A stretch of 64,000 bases of DNA, from NCBI GenBank assembly GCA_965112735.1, contig OZ218950.1:5890001-5954000 (forward strand). Direction: 5' to 3'. The notes beneath the pieces were generated by a model. That model had not been told where the DNA came from and did no database searches. It saw nothing but the letters and a program-made list of their open reading frames with translations. Source of the stretch: Phaeosaccion multiseriatum. Taxonomy: Eukaryota > Protista > Ochrophyta, other classes. The first letter of the stretch is position 1, and each line of letters opens with the position of its first letter. Below are positions 41,368 through 53,425 of the stretch, one piece after another. Made by a program: the position numbers and the translations under genes.

Positions 41368-43188
41368 TCAAAGATAGTACTCCACCCTGAGCCCCTCGGG
41401 CAGATCTGCGGGCAGCGGGCACTGCCTCCCAACCTTGAGATACTGGAGGCCAGCAGGCAGGTCCGTCAATGGACAGGTGTATCTAAATCCCAGCGTCAGC
41501 CTCCGCAGAGACGCAGGGAGCTGCAAGGGCTGCTCAAAGCCGGGCCCCATCACCACCTCCTCCACACCACAAGGAAGCATCAACTGCTGATTGAACGCCG
41601 AGTACCTGCCGAAGGTAAGCCTCCTCAGCGAGGGAGGGAAAGCGACGGGTCTGTTAAAACGCTTCCCGAATGTCACCTCCTCCAGCGAGCTCGGCAGGAT
41701 CACATCAGGCTCATTGAACGCCGAGTCCAAGTCGAAAGTCCTCAGCGAGGGAGGGAAAGCGATGGGTCTGTTAAAGTCCCTCCCGAATGTCACCTCCTCC
41801 AGCGAGCTCGGCAGGATCACATCAGGCCGATTGAACGCCGAAACCGAGCAGAAAGTAAGCTTCCTCAGCGAGGGAGGGAAAGCGATGGGTCTGTTAAAAC
41901 GCTCCCCGAATGTCACCTCCTCCAGCGAGCTCGGCAGGATCACATCAGGCTGATTGAACGCCGAATACAAGTCGAAAGTAAGCTTCCTCAGCGAGGGAGG
42001 GAAAGCGATGGGTCTGTTAAAGTACTCCCCGAACGTCACCTCCTCCAGCGAGCTCGGCAACAACACATCAGGCTGATTGAACCGCGAGTTCTCAGCAAAA
42101 GTAAGCTTCCTCAGCGAGGGAGGGAAAGCGATGGGTCTGTTAAAGGCCCACCCGAACGTCACCTCCTCCAGCGAGCTCGGCAGGATCACATCAGGCTGAT
42201 TGAACTGCGAGATACCGGAGAAAGTAAGCTTCCTCAGCGAGGGAGGGAAAGCGATGGGTCTGTTAAAACCAAACCCGAATGTCACCTCCTCCAGCGAGCT
42301 CGGCAGGATCACATCAGGCTGATTGAACGCCGAAAACAAGTCGAAAGTAAGCTTCCTCAGCGAGGGAGGGAAAGCGATGGGTCTGTTAAAGTACTCCCCG
42401 AACGTCACCTCCTCCAGCGAGCTCGGCAACAACACATCAGGCTGATTGAACAGCGAGCCCTCAGCAAAAGTAAGCTTCCTCAGCGAGGGAGGGAAAACGA
42501 TGGGTCTGTTAAAGTCCTTCCCGAATGTCACCTCCTCCAGCGCGCTCGGCACGATCACATCAGGCTGATTGAACGCCGAATACAAGTGGAAAGTAAGCTT
42601 CCTCAGCGAGGGAGGGAAAGCGATGGGTTTGTTGAAGTTCTTCCCGAATGTCACCTCCTCCAGCGAGCTCGGCAGGATCACATCAGACTGATTGAAAGCC
42701 TCAGAGAAGAGCACACGCTTCGCGGACCGTGGCAAGATGGACAACACTTTGACAACGAGAGCCTTTTTAGGGGCAGAACGGCCGCGTCCATTCTGGGCGC
42801 CGAGACGCACGGCGGTCACGCAAAATGAGCGCCTCTCCTTTCCCGGCCCAGTCTCTCTGCGCTGTGAGCTCTCGGGCAGCTGGCGCCGTGCCCTTCCCTT
42901 TGCCCGCTTCCCCCGCCTTTCGAGCGCATCCTGATCTGCAGCAGCTGCAGACCTAGTCCCCGACCAAGAAGACGAAGATGCAGCATGGTGCTTCTCCTCG
43001 TCTTTCTGCTGCTGCTCTTTCAGCATTCTAAGCATGCGCCTCTTGACATCACGAGGCATGTCGGCCCTAAGGACCAGAGTGCGGCACGTGAGCTTGTCCA
43101 CCTCCCTGCACAATCCCCACAGAGCCTTGAGTGTCGGGAAAAGGCTGGCCACAGTACTCAAGGCCCGCGCTCCGCAGGTATCACTCAT
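41368..43188 (-). CDS. FNIP-repeat (LRR-like) protein 1, 606 aa, 9 x 41-aa modules
   Basis: Module FNQPDVILPSSLEEVTFGxxFNRPIAFPPSLRKLTFxxxSx; start MSDTCGARAL is shared by all three paralogues; uninterrupted CDS. Confidence 0.88.
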   Translation of the reverse strand: MSDTCGARALSTVASLFPTLKALWGLCREVDKLTCRTLVLRADMPRDVKRRMLRMLKEQQQKDEEKHHAASSSSWSGTRSAAAADQDALERRGKRAKGRARRQLPESSQRRETGPGKERRSFCVTAVRLGAQNGRGRSAPKKALVVKVLSILPRSAKRVLFSEAFNQSDVILPSSLEEVTFGKNFNKPIAFPPSLRKLTFHLYSAFNQPDVIVPSALEEVTFGKDFNRPIVFPPSLRKLTFAEGSLFNQPDVLLPSSLEEVTFGEYFNRPIAFPPSLRKLTFDLFSAFNQPDVILPSSLEEVTFGFGFNRPIAFPPSLRKLTFSGISQFNQPDVILPSSLEEVTFGWAFNRPIAFPPSLRKLTFAENSRFNQPDVLLPSSLEEVTFGEYFNRPIAFPPSLRKLTFDLYSAFNQPDVILPSSLEEVTFGERFNRPIAFPPSLRKLTFCSVSAFNRPDVILPSSLEEVTFGRDFNRPIAFPPSLRTFDLDSAFNEPDVILPSSLEEVTFGKRFNRPVAFPPSLRRLTFGRYSAFNQQLMLPCGVEEVVMGPGFEQPLQLPASLRRLTLGFRYTCPLTDLPAGLQYLKVGRQCPLPADLPEGLRVEYYL

Positions 43189-44023
43189 GTTTCTCAAAGG
43201 ATGAGTCTCGAAAAGAGAAGGCACAAAAAGAAGGGGGGAGGAAGGAAGGATGGGGCACAATAGTATGTCAATTACCCGGAAGGCATCCGGCCCTTGCATG
43301 TCAATTACCCCTATATATGTTAGTAGGACCGAAATCATTGGCTGGGGCACGAAGCGCTTGCGGAAGCTTGAGGAAAACACAGTGAACTCGGGATTGGGCA
43401 GCTGAGAGCGTGCTCGCAGCAGCTTTGTGGCAAGAACTAGCGGGTGAGCGGAAAAGGTGCGTTTTTCTCCAACCTTGGTTTCGATAGAGAGAGAGGACGG
43501 AGGGGGGTATACCCATAGAGATAAGCCGTGGGCAAGATAGGATCTCTTCTCCAGGAGTATACGAAACTTTTCATATGCAACGCATGCTCTTGCGCCTCCA
43601 GCTCGTCGGCAATTTGGCCCCTGAAGTTAGGGTACTCCACCTTCACAGTTGCATGTCTCTGAGACGTGGACGCTGCTCTATTCTACCCATTTTCAGGGCC
43701 CATCAGGGCGTCATCTCGTCCACCGGACACGTCTGATGACCCCCGTACCGCCGCTGTCCATGGGCGGAGGGCAAGAGGTCTATCGCAGGTCGTCACCCGA
43801 GGTGGCCGAAAAGGTGAGGGCGCACGAGAAGGGGAGAGGGCGTGAGATGGAAGGCTTCGCCTGGCAGTTACGAGTGGGGCAAGGGGGATCAACATCACTC
43901 ACATACAGCCTGGCTTGTGACCAAGTTTTAGCTTCAAAAGTCATAACCCCATGCGCAAAATCGCATACGTGTACTACTCCCCTCTCTTTTGCCACGTTCC
44001 GCAGGTCGTCACGAGTGAGCAGC

Positions 44024-44857
44024 ATGCCGAAGCAGGAGGACGACGGGAAGGTCTGTACCGATCCCGAATGCAAGAGCGTGTTCACGTGGCAGGAAAGAAG
44101 GAGACGTTGCAAGCACTTTCGTGGCACAGGGGAGAGTCTGAGATGCGGAGCACATTCCCTTGCGACTCGAAAGAGACCAAGGGAGGAGGGGGGGGAGGAA
44201 AGGGAGGAGGAGAAGCGCTTCACATGCCGCTTATGCGCGAAGCAGGATACCGGGAGATGGGAAGTGGTATGTTCCGATTGCGTAGACACGTGGTGTGAAC
44301 TGCAGACAGAACTCCCGAGGCTAGAGGCAGAGAAGAACGGAAAGGAGGAGGGGCATCAGCGTCTAGCGCAAGAGTATGCAGAGGAAGTGGGAGAAGATGA
44401 TGACATGTTTGTGGACAACAGTGGCCGTCTGGAGGAGCTTCCCAAGCAGATTGGATGTTTGGCCACGGACATTTCGAGGAAGGAGAAAGGGCTGAAGCAG
44501 ATGGAGAGTGGTGTGAAGAAGCTGCTCAAGAGTTGCCTGTCTCCTTTGGAATCGACCGAGCGCAGGGTGAGGCCGCGTTCTTTCGTGGAGCTGACGTCGA
44601 GGAATGCGCAGGAACAGAGAGCGCATGTGGCAGCTGCTCTTCTGACAGCCGTCGCTGGGACGAAGGGCCGTCGTGAGGAGGAGCGGGGGGCGGGTTGGCA
44701 AGCAGGCGACCCTGATGTCTGCACGAGACCGAGTGAGACTTTCCTAGAGACCGCCCCTGGGAGCCAAGGCTCGACAGGGAGCGGGGAGGACACCTTTCTG
44801 GACTGGAGTCAGAGCGAGAGCACCACACAGAGGTCATTTCCCGCCAAAATGGCGTGA
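44024..44857 (+). CDS. Hypothetical protein with degenerate FYVE-like Cys finger and coiled coil
   Basis: KVCTDPECKSVFTWQERRRRCK...RCG...FTCRLC...VVCSDC follows FYVE spacing but lacks the HH pair; lies within the 402-codon ORF. Confidence 0.35.
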   Translation: MPKQEDDGKVCTDPECKSVFTWQERRRRCKHFRGTGESLRCGAHSLATRKRPREEGGEEREEEKRFTCRLCAKQDTGRWEVVCSDCVDTWCELQTELPRLEAEKNGKEEGHQRLAQEYAEEVGEDDDMFVDNSGRLEELPKQIGCLATDISRKEKGLKQMESGVKKLLKSCLSPLESTERRVRPRSFVELTSRNAQEQRAHVAAALLTAVAGTKGRREEERGAGWQAGDPDVCTRPSETFLETAPGSQGSTGSGEDTFLDWSQSESTTQRSFPAKMA

Positions 44858-45066
44858 CATCTCACCTGCACACTTTCGCCCCGCAGATCCTGTCACCACA
44901 CTTTCAGCTACCCAGCAACGAGTACACTACTCAGACCGTCTGCTCCGCGAAGATTCTCACCTCCCACGCTCTAAATCGTGCACAGTCCCGTCTTCCCCCC
45001 CCCCTCGTAAGCGGGTGAATGGGCCCTCACATTTCGTGTGGATAAACGAAGGAGAATCAACGCGCA

Positions 45067-45660
45067 ACGTGGCAGCAGAGAGTGGTGCTTTCGATACTGC
45101 AGAGCCTCAGCACCAACGCCTTCCTCGTCTTCCGCATGCGTGAGGTCGGCGCTGAGCATCTCCAAAAAGGCCACCAATACCGTGGGATGAATGGACACCG
45201 CCGTCAGCTCAACAGGGTCTGCAGCCTGGCGGACCTCTCCTACGCCGCGGGAGTCCAGCTGTTGGAGGAAGCTCAGGGGGCCACGCCAAGTCCAGAGGAC
45301 GGGAAGGCAGGGTGTTGCTCAGTCAGCAGTCAATGAGGAGGATCACAGCAGCTCGAGGAAGGAGGGCCGCTCGGTTGGAAGGGCGCCGCGGGACTCGCGC
45401 ATCTGTGCCCCCCCTGCGAGGTACAGGATACCATACTTCGACGAGGGCGGAGAAGGCTGTGAATTCAGACTCAACCGCTCCCTTGACCACTTCCCGCAGA
45501 GCATGTCGCACAGGGCAGGGGCAGACGGCGTGCCCGTTGCCAGTACTGCGAAGACCGACGGACTTGGTATCTCTGCCCCACATGTCGAGTGTACCTCTGC
45601 GTTTTTAACTCCAAAGGAGAGGAGTCGTGCCTCCGGAGATGGCACACCCGCAAGCGACTC
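45067..45660 (+). pseudogene. 3' remnant of a piggyBac-like transposase with C-terminal Cys-rich domain
   Basis: Frame +1 WQQRVVLSILQSLSTNAFLVFRM...RRQLNRV, a stop and frameshifts, then RRARCQYCEDRRTWYLCPTCRVYLCVFNSKGEESCLRRWH (45523-45645), the piggyBac CRD pattern. Confidence 0.6.
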
Positions 45661-47391
45661 GCTGGAGCTGCGGGATGTGCCGTCCAGAGAGGGCACTCTA
45701 CTACTTCAGGGAAAAAGCGGGAGCGGACATGTGGGCGGGGCGAGTGGACGAGGAGGCGGAGGAGGAGCCAACCGACGGCACAGCGCTCCTGCGGCAGGCG
45801 CAGGTCAGGGATGACAGGGAGGGAGGGCACAGGTAGGGGCGTCCAGAAGACACAGCCATACCGGCTCGACGACGTCGGGGGGGGGGACAGTGGCACTGGA
45901 GGAAGCCCCCACCATCACGCGCTTGCCCACCGCCGCGTAGGAGGGGGCAGCGGAGGACGCACTGGTGGTCGCGGAGGAGGAGACTGTGCAGAAGGGGAGG
46001 ACGGAGGATCTGTCTCGAGCAATTGCAGTGGTAGCTAGAAGTGGAGAAGGAAGAAGGGGGGCGGACGGAACAAGCAAGCAAGGCTCAGGGGACGAGGAGG
46101 AGAGACTCTGCGGGAGGAGAGGAGAGGCACGGGAGGGGAGGAGACGGTGCAGGGGCGGCAGTGGCGTCACGCGACAGAGCGCGTCCGCCGAGGGGCAGCA
46201 GTGGAGTCAGGTCCAGCGGCATGAGGGTCGCAGCGGAAGGAGCAGTGGTGGCAAAGCAGCCAGCAGAGGGGGTTGCTGGTCGGCATGTAGGGAAGAAGGC
46301 GAGTTCGAGACAGCCACGGCGGCGGCAGAAGGAGGCCGCGACGGTCTCGCACGAGTACTTCAGGGAGGATTCGAATGACAAGCTCGCGACGACCGCACAG
46401 CAGAGCCGGAAGCCGACAGCCGCGGATAGTGCCACAGGGCCAGCACGAAGGGGGAACAAGAGTGGAGGTGGAGGGCGCAGTCGATCGACACGTACAACGG
46501 GAGGGCCACACGCGTGTGCGGCCGCAGGTGGCGGGCAAGCGTGCCGTATGCCCATGATGGAGGAGAGACACCACAAGTGCAAGACGTGTGGTGCACCTGT
46601 GCACGCCATTTGTTGTTCTGAGATCATGGGGGTGGAGGCAGGGGAGCGGTCTTGTATGTTACGAACACTTCTCACCGCTCCCGTGAGCCACACTAGGGCC
46701 TCTGGGAGGGCACCAATACTCATATACAGCCCCTAGAAACCCACCCGCTTTAAGTGGGTCTTAGCCACAAAATGGCCTACTTTTGACTGAGCAATTCTTT
46801 TCCTTCATCCCAAATGGCCTCTTCTCGTCCCCCGTTACCCGCACAACTTTCTACACCGACTAAGGACATCTTGATCTTGCATTTTGTACGAGAGATGCAT
46901 GGGTCATCTCCGACGGGACCACCTGCATTTGAGCCTCCAAAGTTGTAGACCCACTGGAGTGGGTATATATTTATTAACTTAATAGGCATCACCTAAGAAA
47001 CTGAAAGTGTGATTGTGTGTTATAACCCCCTCTTGGTCGGGGAGGGGAGCGGGGAGAGGAAGCGGAGCCGCCTGTGAGCCAGCGCGGTGCACCAACCCTC
47101 AAAGATTGGATTTTCCGCGTGGGGGGCCAAGTGCGCGTTGCTGCTTGGCGTTGGCCCCCTTCTTCTCTCTTCTCCCCCCCGCCTCCTGCTCTCTTGCCCT
47201 CACGCCTGAGCCCCCGGAAGCAAATGAGAGATCAAATGTATTTTAATGAAGAAGAACACAATCAAAACTGCACCGAGGCCTAAAGCTTGCTCGTTCGCTC
47301 GCTCCCCCTGGTCACTCACTCACTCACTCACTCACTCACTCACTCACTCACTCACTCACTCACTCACTCACTCACTCTCTCACTCACTCAC

Positions 47392-48710
47392 TCACTGGAT
47401 TTGCTGCATGTGACACACAATCCCTACTCCGCCCTGCTCCTCCTCGATCCTTGCCGCTCCCCGCAGATGGTCAATAATGCCCAAGCCCCACCGCTCCATG
47501 GACTGCTCCTGTCCAGACAGGGGGATGGCCGGCCCTCTGGACAGGGTCTCCAGCAGCCCGTCTACGTTGCCCACACAGTCTTTTGAGTTTGGAGGGAGGA
47601 GGGAATTGTGGAAAGGGGTTCATTTTCACGCAACACCCAAAGAGGGGGGGGGGGGGGGGGGGGATTTTTTAGAAGAATATACAGGACAGCAGCAGGGAAA
47701 TAAGGCATGAGCCGATGGCAAACACTTCTACGCCTTCTCACGTCGCGCTTCACCGAACCTCAGGAAGCACTCCCCCTCCCCAGCTCAAGAGAGGGCTGTC
47801 AAGGACGAGAAAGCGGAAACTCAAACCGAGACGGGGCTCTCCCCTCTGCTGCCCTCCCATTCTCCCAACTATGCCAAAGACGGCGTGAGGGGCGGCGACC
47901 CCCTCCTGCCGATCCAGCAGGGACAGACGCTGGAAACTCAAATCAATGAACCAATCACCGAACCAACGCGCTAAACAGAGAAAAGAAGCACAGCAACCCG
48001 CCACGCACCGTCACTGGGGGGCATGTGTGGGTTGAAGAACTGCTCCAGGTGGGCGGCGTGCGTCTTGAAACCGTCGCACTGCCTCAGCAGCTTCTCCCGC
48101 TGGGCAAGGATCTCCATCTGAGGCAAGGGGGGTGGGTGGGTGGGTGGGTGAAGTATGTCAATGGGTGGGCGGGTGGGTGGGTGGGTTGGGGTGGGGCAGA
48201 AGGGTAGGTGGGTTTGAGTGGGGCAGAGGACATCGAACAAAAGAATGGCTCGAAAATCTCCCTCGGCACCCCCACCCCGCCCATATCCCTACACCTCCAC
48301 CCTGCTCTGCTCTGCCCATACACCTCCACCCTGCCCTGCCCATACACCTCTACCCTGCTCTGCCCATACACCTCTACCCGACCGTGCCCGCCCGCCTGCC
48401 CTCAGCCCCGCGTGTCTACACCGCTGACCTTGTCTGGCGGCTCCACACCAAGCCTTGACACGTCGATTAGGGCCTTCGCCGTCTCCTCCACTAGAAGGGC
48501 GAGTCGTTCCTAAAATGGGGGGGGGGGGGAAGAGCGTTTCCAATCATGACATTCCAATGACGAGCGTGATTGCCGTGAGCGAACTGAGCCAAAAGTGGCC
48601 GGCGACGAGAGAGAGACACACAGAGAGCAGGGACTCAAACCTGTAGCGGGCTGCATCTACCGCTTCTGCTCCTCCTTCTCCTCATTGCCTAAGCTTCGGC
48701 GGCGCCTGCT
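47392..48710 (-). pseudogene. Fragment of an unidentified spliced gene, co-duplicated at 51796-53340
   Basis: Exon-like pieces with splice signals: ERLALLVEETAKALIDVSRLGVEPPDK|MEILAQREKLLRQCDGFKTHAAHLEQFFNPH and GNVDGLLETLSRG...HMQQI; no coherent full ORF. Confidence 0.4.
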
Positions 48711-48731
48711 CCCGTCTCAGTGGCGTGCCAT

Positions 48732-48767
<36 letters not shown>

Positions 48768-49330
48768 GTCATCATCATTGCCCTGACTCAGAACCGGCCC
48801 CCCTCTCGTTCCGTCCTTCCTTCCTTCCTTCACTCCCTCCTTCCTTCCTTCCTTCCTTCCTTCCTTCCTTGCTTGCTTCCTTCTGCCCTTCCTCCCTGCC
48901 TCCCTGACCCCTTCCTTCCCCGCGAAGCGATGGGCACTTCCTCCGCCTACCGCTCCTCCTCTTCGGAGTCTCGGCCCCTTCTGCCCTCTTCTCCGGTGGC
49001 GGACAGGTCGCTTTCTTCCCACCTAAGCGGCAGGCAAGCAGGGAGAGCAGCAGCGAAATGAGTCAGTTCAGAGGAAGGGGGTTGCATTCAGCAGGCCTGA
49101 CTCCGACTCCGCTGACCACCACCGCCCACAGCGAGTGAGTGCAAGCCCACGCTCCTGCCTACACTGCACCTACACAGACCCCACCACTCCGCACACCAGC
49201 CTCTCTTGGCACGCACCTGGATGGGGCCTCCTCTCCTCCTCCTGGCTTGCAGAGGGCGTCTGATTCCTTCGCAACTCTGCCCCGCTTCTGATTCCTTCGC
49301 AAGGCTCGGGAAAACGGGAGAGCTTCCGTG

Positions 49331-51403
49331 TCAAAGATAGTACTCTACCCTGAGCCCCTCGGGCAGATCTGCGGGCAGCGGGCACTGCCTCCCAACCTTG
49401 AGATACTGGAGGCCAGCAGGCAGGTCCGTCAATGGACAGGTGTACCTCTTTTCCAGCGTCAGCCTCCGCAGAGACGCAGGGAGCTGCAAGGGCTGCTCAA
49501 AGCCGGGCCCCATCACCACCTCCTCCACACCACAAGGAAGAATCAACTGCTGATTGAACGCCGAATACCTGCCGAAGGTAAGCCTCCTCAGCGAGGGAGG
49601 GAAAGCGACGGGTCTGTTAAAGTCCCTCCCGAATGTCACCTCCTCCAGCGAGCTCGGCAACAACACGTCAGGCTGATTGAACTGCGAGAACTCGTAAAAA
49701 GTGAGCTTCCTCAGCGAGGGAGGGAAAGCGACGGGTCTGTTAAAGTACCTCCCGAATGTCACCTCCTCCAGCGAGCTCGGCAGGATCACATCAGGCCGAT
49801 TGAACAGCGAGCCCTCAGCAAAAGTAAGCTTCCTCAGCGAGGGAGGGAAAGCGATGGGTCTGTTAAAGTACTCCCCGAATGTCACCTCCTCCAGCGAGCT
49901 CGGCAGGGTCACATCAGGCTGATTGAACGCCGAATCCTCAACGAAAGTAAGCTTCCTCAGCGAGGGAGGGAACGCGACGGGTCTGTTAAAGTCCTTCCCG
50001 AATGTCACCTCCTCCAGCGCGCTGGGCAACATCACATCAGGCTGATTGAACGCCGAATTGAAGTAGAAAATTAGCTTCCTCAGCGAGGGAGGGAAAGCGA
50101 TGGGTCTGTTAAAGTCCCTCCCGAATATCATCTTCTCCAGCGAGCTCGGCAGGATCACATCAGGCTGATTGAACGCCGAATTCCAGCGGAAAGTAAGCTT
50201 CCTCAGCGAAAGAGGGAAAGCGATGGGTCTGTTAAAGTCCCCCCCGAATTTCACCTCCTCCAGCGAGCTCGGCAGGATCACATCAGGCTGATTGAACCGC
50301 GAGTACTCGCAAAAAGTGAGCTTCCTCAGCGAGGGAGGGAAAGCGATGGGTCTGTGAAAACACTCCCCGAATGACACCTCCTCCAGCGAGCTCGGCAACA
50401 ACACATCAGGCTGATTGAACCGCGAGAGATTGGAGAAAGTAAGCTTCCTCAGCGAGGGAGGGAACGCGATGGGTCTGTTAAAGGCCCTCCCGAATGTCAA
50501 CTCCTCCAGCGAGCTCGGCAGGATCACATCAGGCTGATTGAAGTGCGAGTAGTCGTAAAAAGTGAGCTTCCTCAGCGAGGGAGGAAAAGCGATGGGTCTG
50601 TTGAAGTCCCTCCCGAATGTCACCTCCTCCAGCGAGCTCGGCAACAACACATCAGGCTGATCGAACGCCGAGTCCAAGTCGAAAGTAAGCTTCCTCAGCG
50701 AGGGAGGGAAAGCAATGGGTCTATTAAAGTACTCCCCGAATGTCACCTCCTCCAGCGAGCTCGGCAACAACACATCAGGCTGATAGAACAGCGAGTCCTC
50801 AGCAAAAGTAAGCTTCCTCAGCGAAGGAGGGAACGCAATGGGTCTATTAAAGCACTCCCCGAAAGTCACCTCCTCCAGCGAGCTCGGCAGGATCACATCA
50901 GGCTGATTGAAAGCCTCAGAGAAGAGCACACCCTTCACCGACCGTGGCAACAGGGACAACACGTTGACAACGAGAGCCTCTTCAGTGGCAGAAGGGTCGC
51001 GTCCACTCCGGGCGCCGAGACGCACGGCGATCACGCAAAATGAGCGCCTCTCATTCCCCGGCCCAGTCTCATTGCGCTGTGAGCTCTCGGGCAGCTGGCG
51101 CTGTGCCCTTCCCTTTGCCCGCTTCCCCCCCCTTTCGAGCGCATCCTGACCTGCGGCAGCAGCAGGCCTAGTCCCCGACCAAGAAGATGAAGATGTAGTA
51201 TGGTGCTTCTCCTCGTCTTTCTGCTGCTGCTCCTCCAGCATGCTAAGCATGCGCCTCTTGACATCACCAGGCATGTCGGCGCTAAGGACCAGAGTGCGGC
51301 ACGTGAGCTTGTCCACCTCCTTGCACACTCCCCACAGGGCCTTGTGTGTCGGGAAAAGACTGGCCACAGTACTCAAGGCCCGCGCTCCGCAGGTATCACT
51401 CAT
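49331..51403 (-). CDS. FNIP-repeat protein 2, 690 aa, 11 modules
   Basis: Same architecture as FNIP1; intact ORF. Confidence 0.88.
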   Translation of the reverse strand: MSDTCGARALSTVASLFPTHKALWGVCKEVDKLTCRTLVLSADMPGDVKRRMLSMLEEQQQKDEEKHHTTSSSSWSGTRPAAAAGQDALERGGKRAKGRAQRQLPESSQRNETGPGNERRSFCVIAVRLGARSGRDPSATEEALVVNVLSLLPRSVKGVLFSEAFNQPDVILPSSLEEVTFGECFNRPIAFPPSLRKLTFAEDSLFYQPDVLLPSSLEEVTFGEYFNRPIAFPPSLRKLTFDLDSAFDQPDVLLPSSLEEVTFGRDFNRPIAFPPSLRKLTFYDYSHFNQPDVILPSSLEELTFGRAFNRPIAFPPSLRKLTFSNLSRFNQPDVLLPSSLEEVSFGECFHRPIAFPPSLRKLTFCEYSRFNQPDVILPSSLEEVKFGGDFNRPIAFPLSLRKLTFRWNSAFNQPDVILPSSLEKMIFGRDFNRPIAFPPSLRKLIFYFNSAFNQPDVMLPSALEEVTFGKDFNRPVAFPPSLRKLTFVEDSAFNQPDVTLPSSLEEVTFGEYFNRPIAFPPSLRKLTFAEGSLFNRPDVILPSSLEEVTFGRYFNRPVAFPPSLRKLTFYEFSQFNQPDVLLPSSLEEVTFGRDFNRPVAFPPSLRRLTFGRYSAFNQQLILPCGVEEVVMGPGFEQPLQLPASLRRLTLEKRYTCPLTDLPAGLQYLKVGRQCPLPADLPEGLRVEYYL

Positions 51404-53369
51404 GCTTCTCCAAGGATGATGAGTCTCGATGTAATGATAAAGCAAAGAAAGTGGAGAGGAACCAAGCCGCGGAGGAGTATTTTTTTACTTAAAGAAATCA
51501 ATAAACCTTTAAGTGCCATCTATGATTGTCTAAAAGTAATCACCTAAGAAACCTGTGAACCAGCGCGGTGCACCAACCCTCAAAGATTGGATTTCCCGCG
51601 TGGGGGGCCAAGTGCGCGTTGCTGCTTGGCGTTGGCCCCCTTCTCTCTTCTCCCCCCCGCCTCCTGCTCTCTTGCCCTCACGCCTGAGCCCCCGGAAGCA
51701 AATGAGAGATCAAATGTATTTTAATTTTAATGAAGAAGAACACAATCAAAACTGAGAAGTTCTGTGGTCACTCACTCACTCACTCACTCACTCACTCACT
51801 GGATTTGCTGCATGTGACATACAATCCCTACTCCGCCCTGCTCCTCCTCGATCCTTGCCGCTCCCCGCAGATGGTCAATGACGCCCAAGCCCCACCGCTC
51901 CATGGACTGCTCCTGTCCAGACAGGGGGATGGCCGGCCCTCTGGACAGGGTCTCCAGCAGCCCGTCTACGTTGCCCACACAGTCTTTTGGGTTTGGAGGG
52001 AGGAGGGAATTGTGGAAGGGGGTTCATTTTCACGCAACACCCAAAGAGAGGAGGGGAGGGGAGGGGGGGACTTGTTAGAAGAATATACAGGATAGCAGCA
52101 GGGAAGTAAGGCATGAACCGACACACGAAAAACACTTCTACGCCTTCTCGCGTCGCGCTTCACCGAACCTCAGGAAAAACTCCCCCTCCCCAGCTTCAAG
52201 AGAGGGCTGTCAAGGACGAGAAAGCGGAAACTCAAACCGAGACGGAGCTCTCCCCTCTGCTGCCCTCCCATTCTCTCAACTATGCCAAAGACGGCGTGAG
52301 GGGTGGCGACCCCTTCCTGCCGATCCAGGAGGGACAGACGCTGGAAACTCAAATCAATGAACTAATCACCGAACCAACGCGCCAAACAGAGAAAAGAAGC
52401 ACAGCAACCCGCCACGCACCGTCACTGGGGGGCATGTGTGGGTTGAAGAACTGCTCCAGGTGGGCGGCGTGCGTCTTGAAACCGTCGCACTGCCTCAGCA
52501 GCTTCTCCCGCTGGGCAAGGATCTCCATCTGAGGCAAGGGGTGGGTGGGTGGGTGGGTGGGTGGGTGGGTGGGTGGGTGAAGTATGTCAATGGGTGGGCG
52601 GGTGGGTGGGTGGGTTGGGGTGGGGCAGAAGGGTAGGTGGGTTTGAGTGGGGCAGAGGATATCGAACAAAAGAAAGGCTCGAAAATCTCCCTCGGCGCCC
52701 CCACCCCGCCCATATGCCTGCACCCAGTCCCTGCAGCCCTGCCTGCCCTGCACATACACCCCTACCCTTCCCTGCCCATACACCTCTACTCTGCCCTGCC
52801 CATACACCTCCACCCTACCCCTGCCCATACAGCTCTGCCCACCCCTGCCCATACACCTCTACCCTGCCCTGCCCATACACCTCTACCCTGCCCTGCCCTG
52901 CCCTCCCCTCCCCGTACACCTCTACCCTGCCCTGCCCATACACCTCTACCCTGCCCTGCCCATACACCTCTACCCTGCCCTGCCCTCCCTTCCCCTCCCC
53001 ATACACCTCTACCCTGCCGTGCCCGCCCGCCTGCCCTCAGCCCCGCGTGTCTACACCGCTGACCTTGTCTGGCGGCTCCACACCAAGCCTTGACACGTCG
53101 ATTAGGGCCTTCGCCGTCTCCTCCACTAGAAGGGCGAGTCGTTCCTAAAACAAGGGGGGGAGAGCGTTTCCAATCATGACATTCCAATAACGAGTGTGAT
53201 TGCCGTGAGCGAATTGAGCCAAAAGTGGCCGGCGACGAGAGACGAGACGCACAGAGAGCAGGGACTCATACCTGTAGCGGGCTGCATCTACCGCTTCTGC
53301 TCCTCCTCCTTCTTCTCCTCATTGCCTAGGCTTCGGCGATGCCTGCCTCCCGTCTCAGTGGCGTGCCAT

Positions 53370-53425
<56 letters not shown>

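Larger units (their letters stand above)
43250..46985. mobile_element. Unique ~3.7-kb transposon-derived segment between FNIP units
   Basis: Absent at the equivalent junction (51430-51540); homology resumes at ATCACCTAAGAAAC (46988 vs 51539). Microsatellite-poor, contains transposase remnants; no clear TIRs found. Confidence 0.5.

Noticed and set aside
41365-42828. 487-aa antisense ORF over FNIP1 (shorter ones over FNIP2/3)
   Set aside because: Shadow of a homogeneous repeat lacking antisense stops in that frame; interrupted by TAG in FNIP2 and FNIP3; no ATG start.
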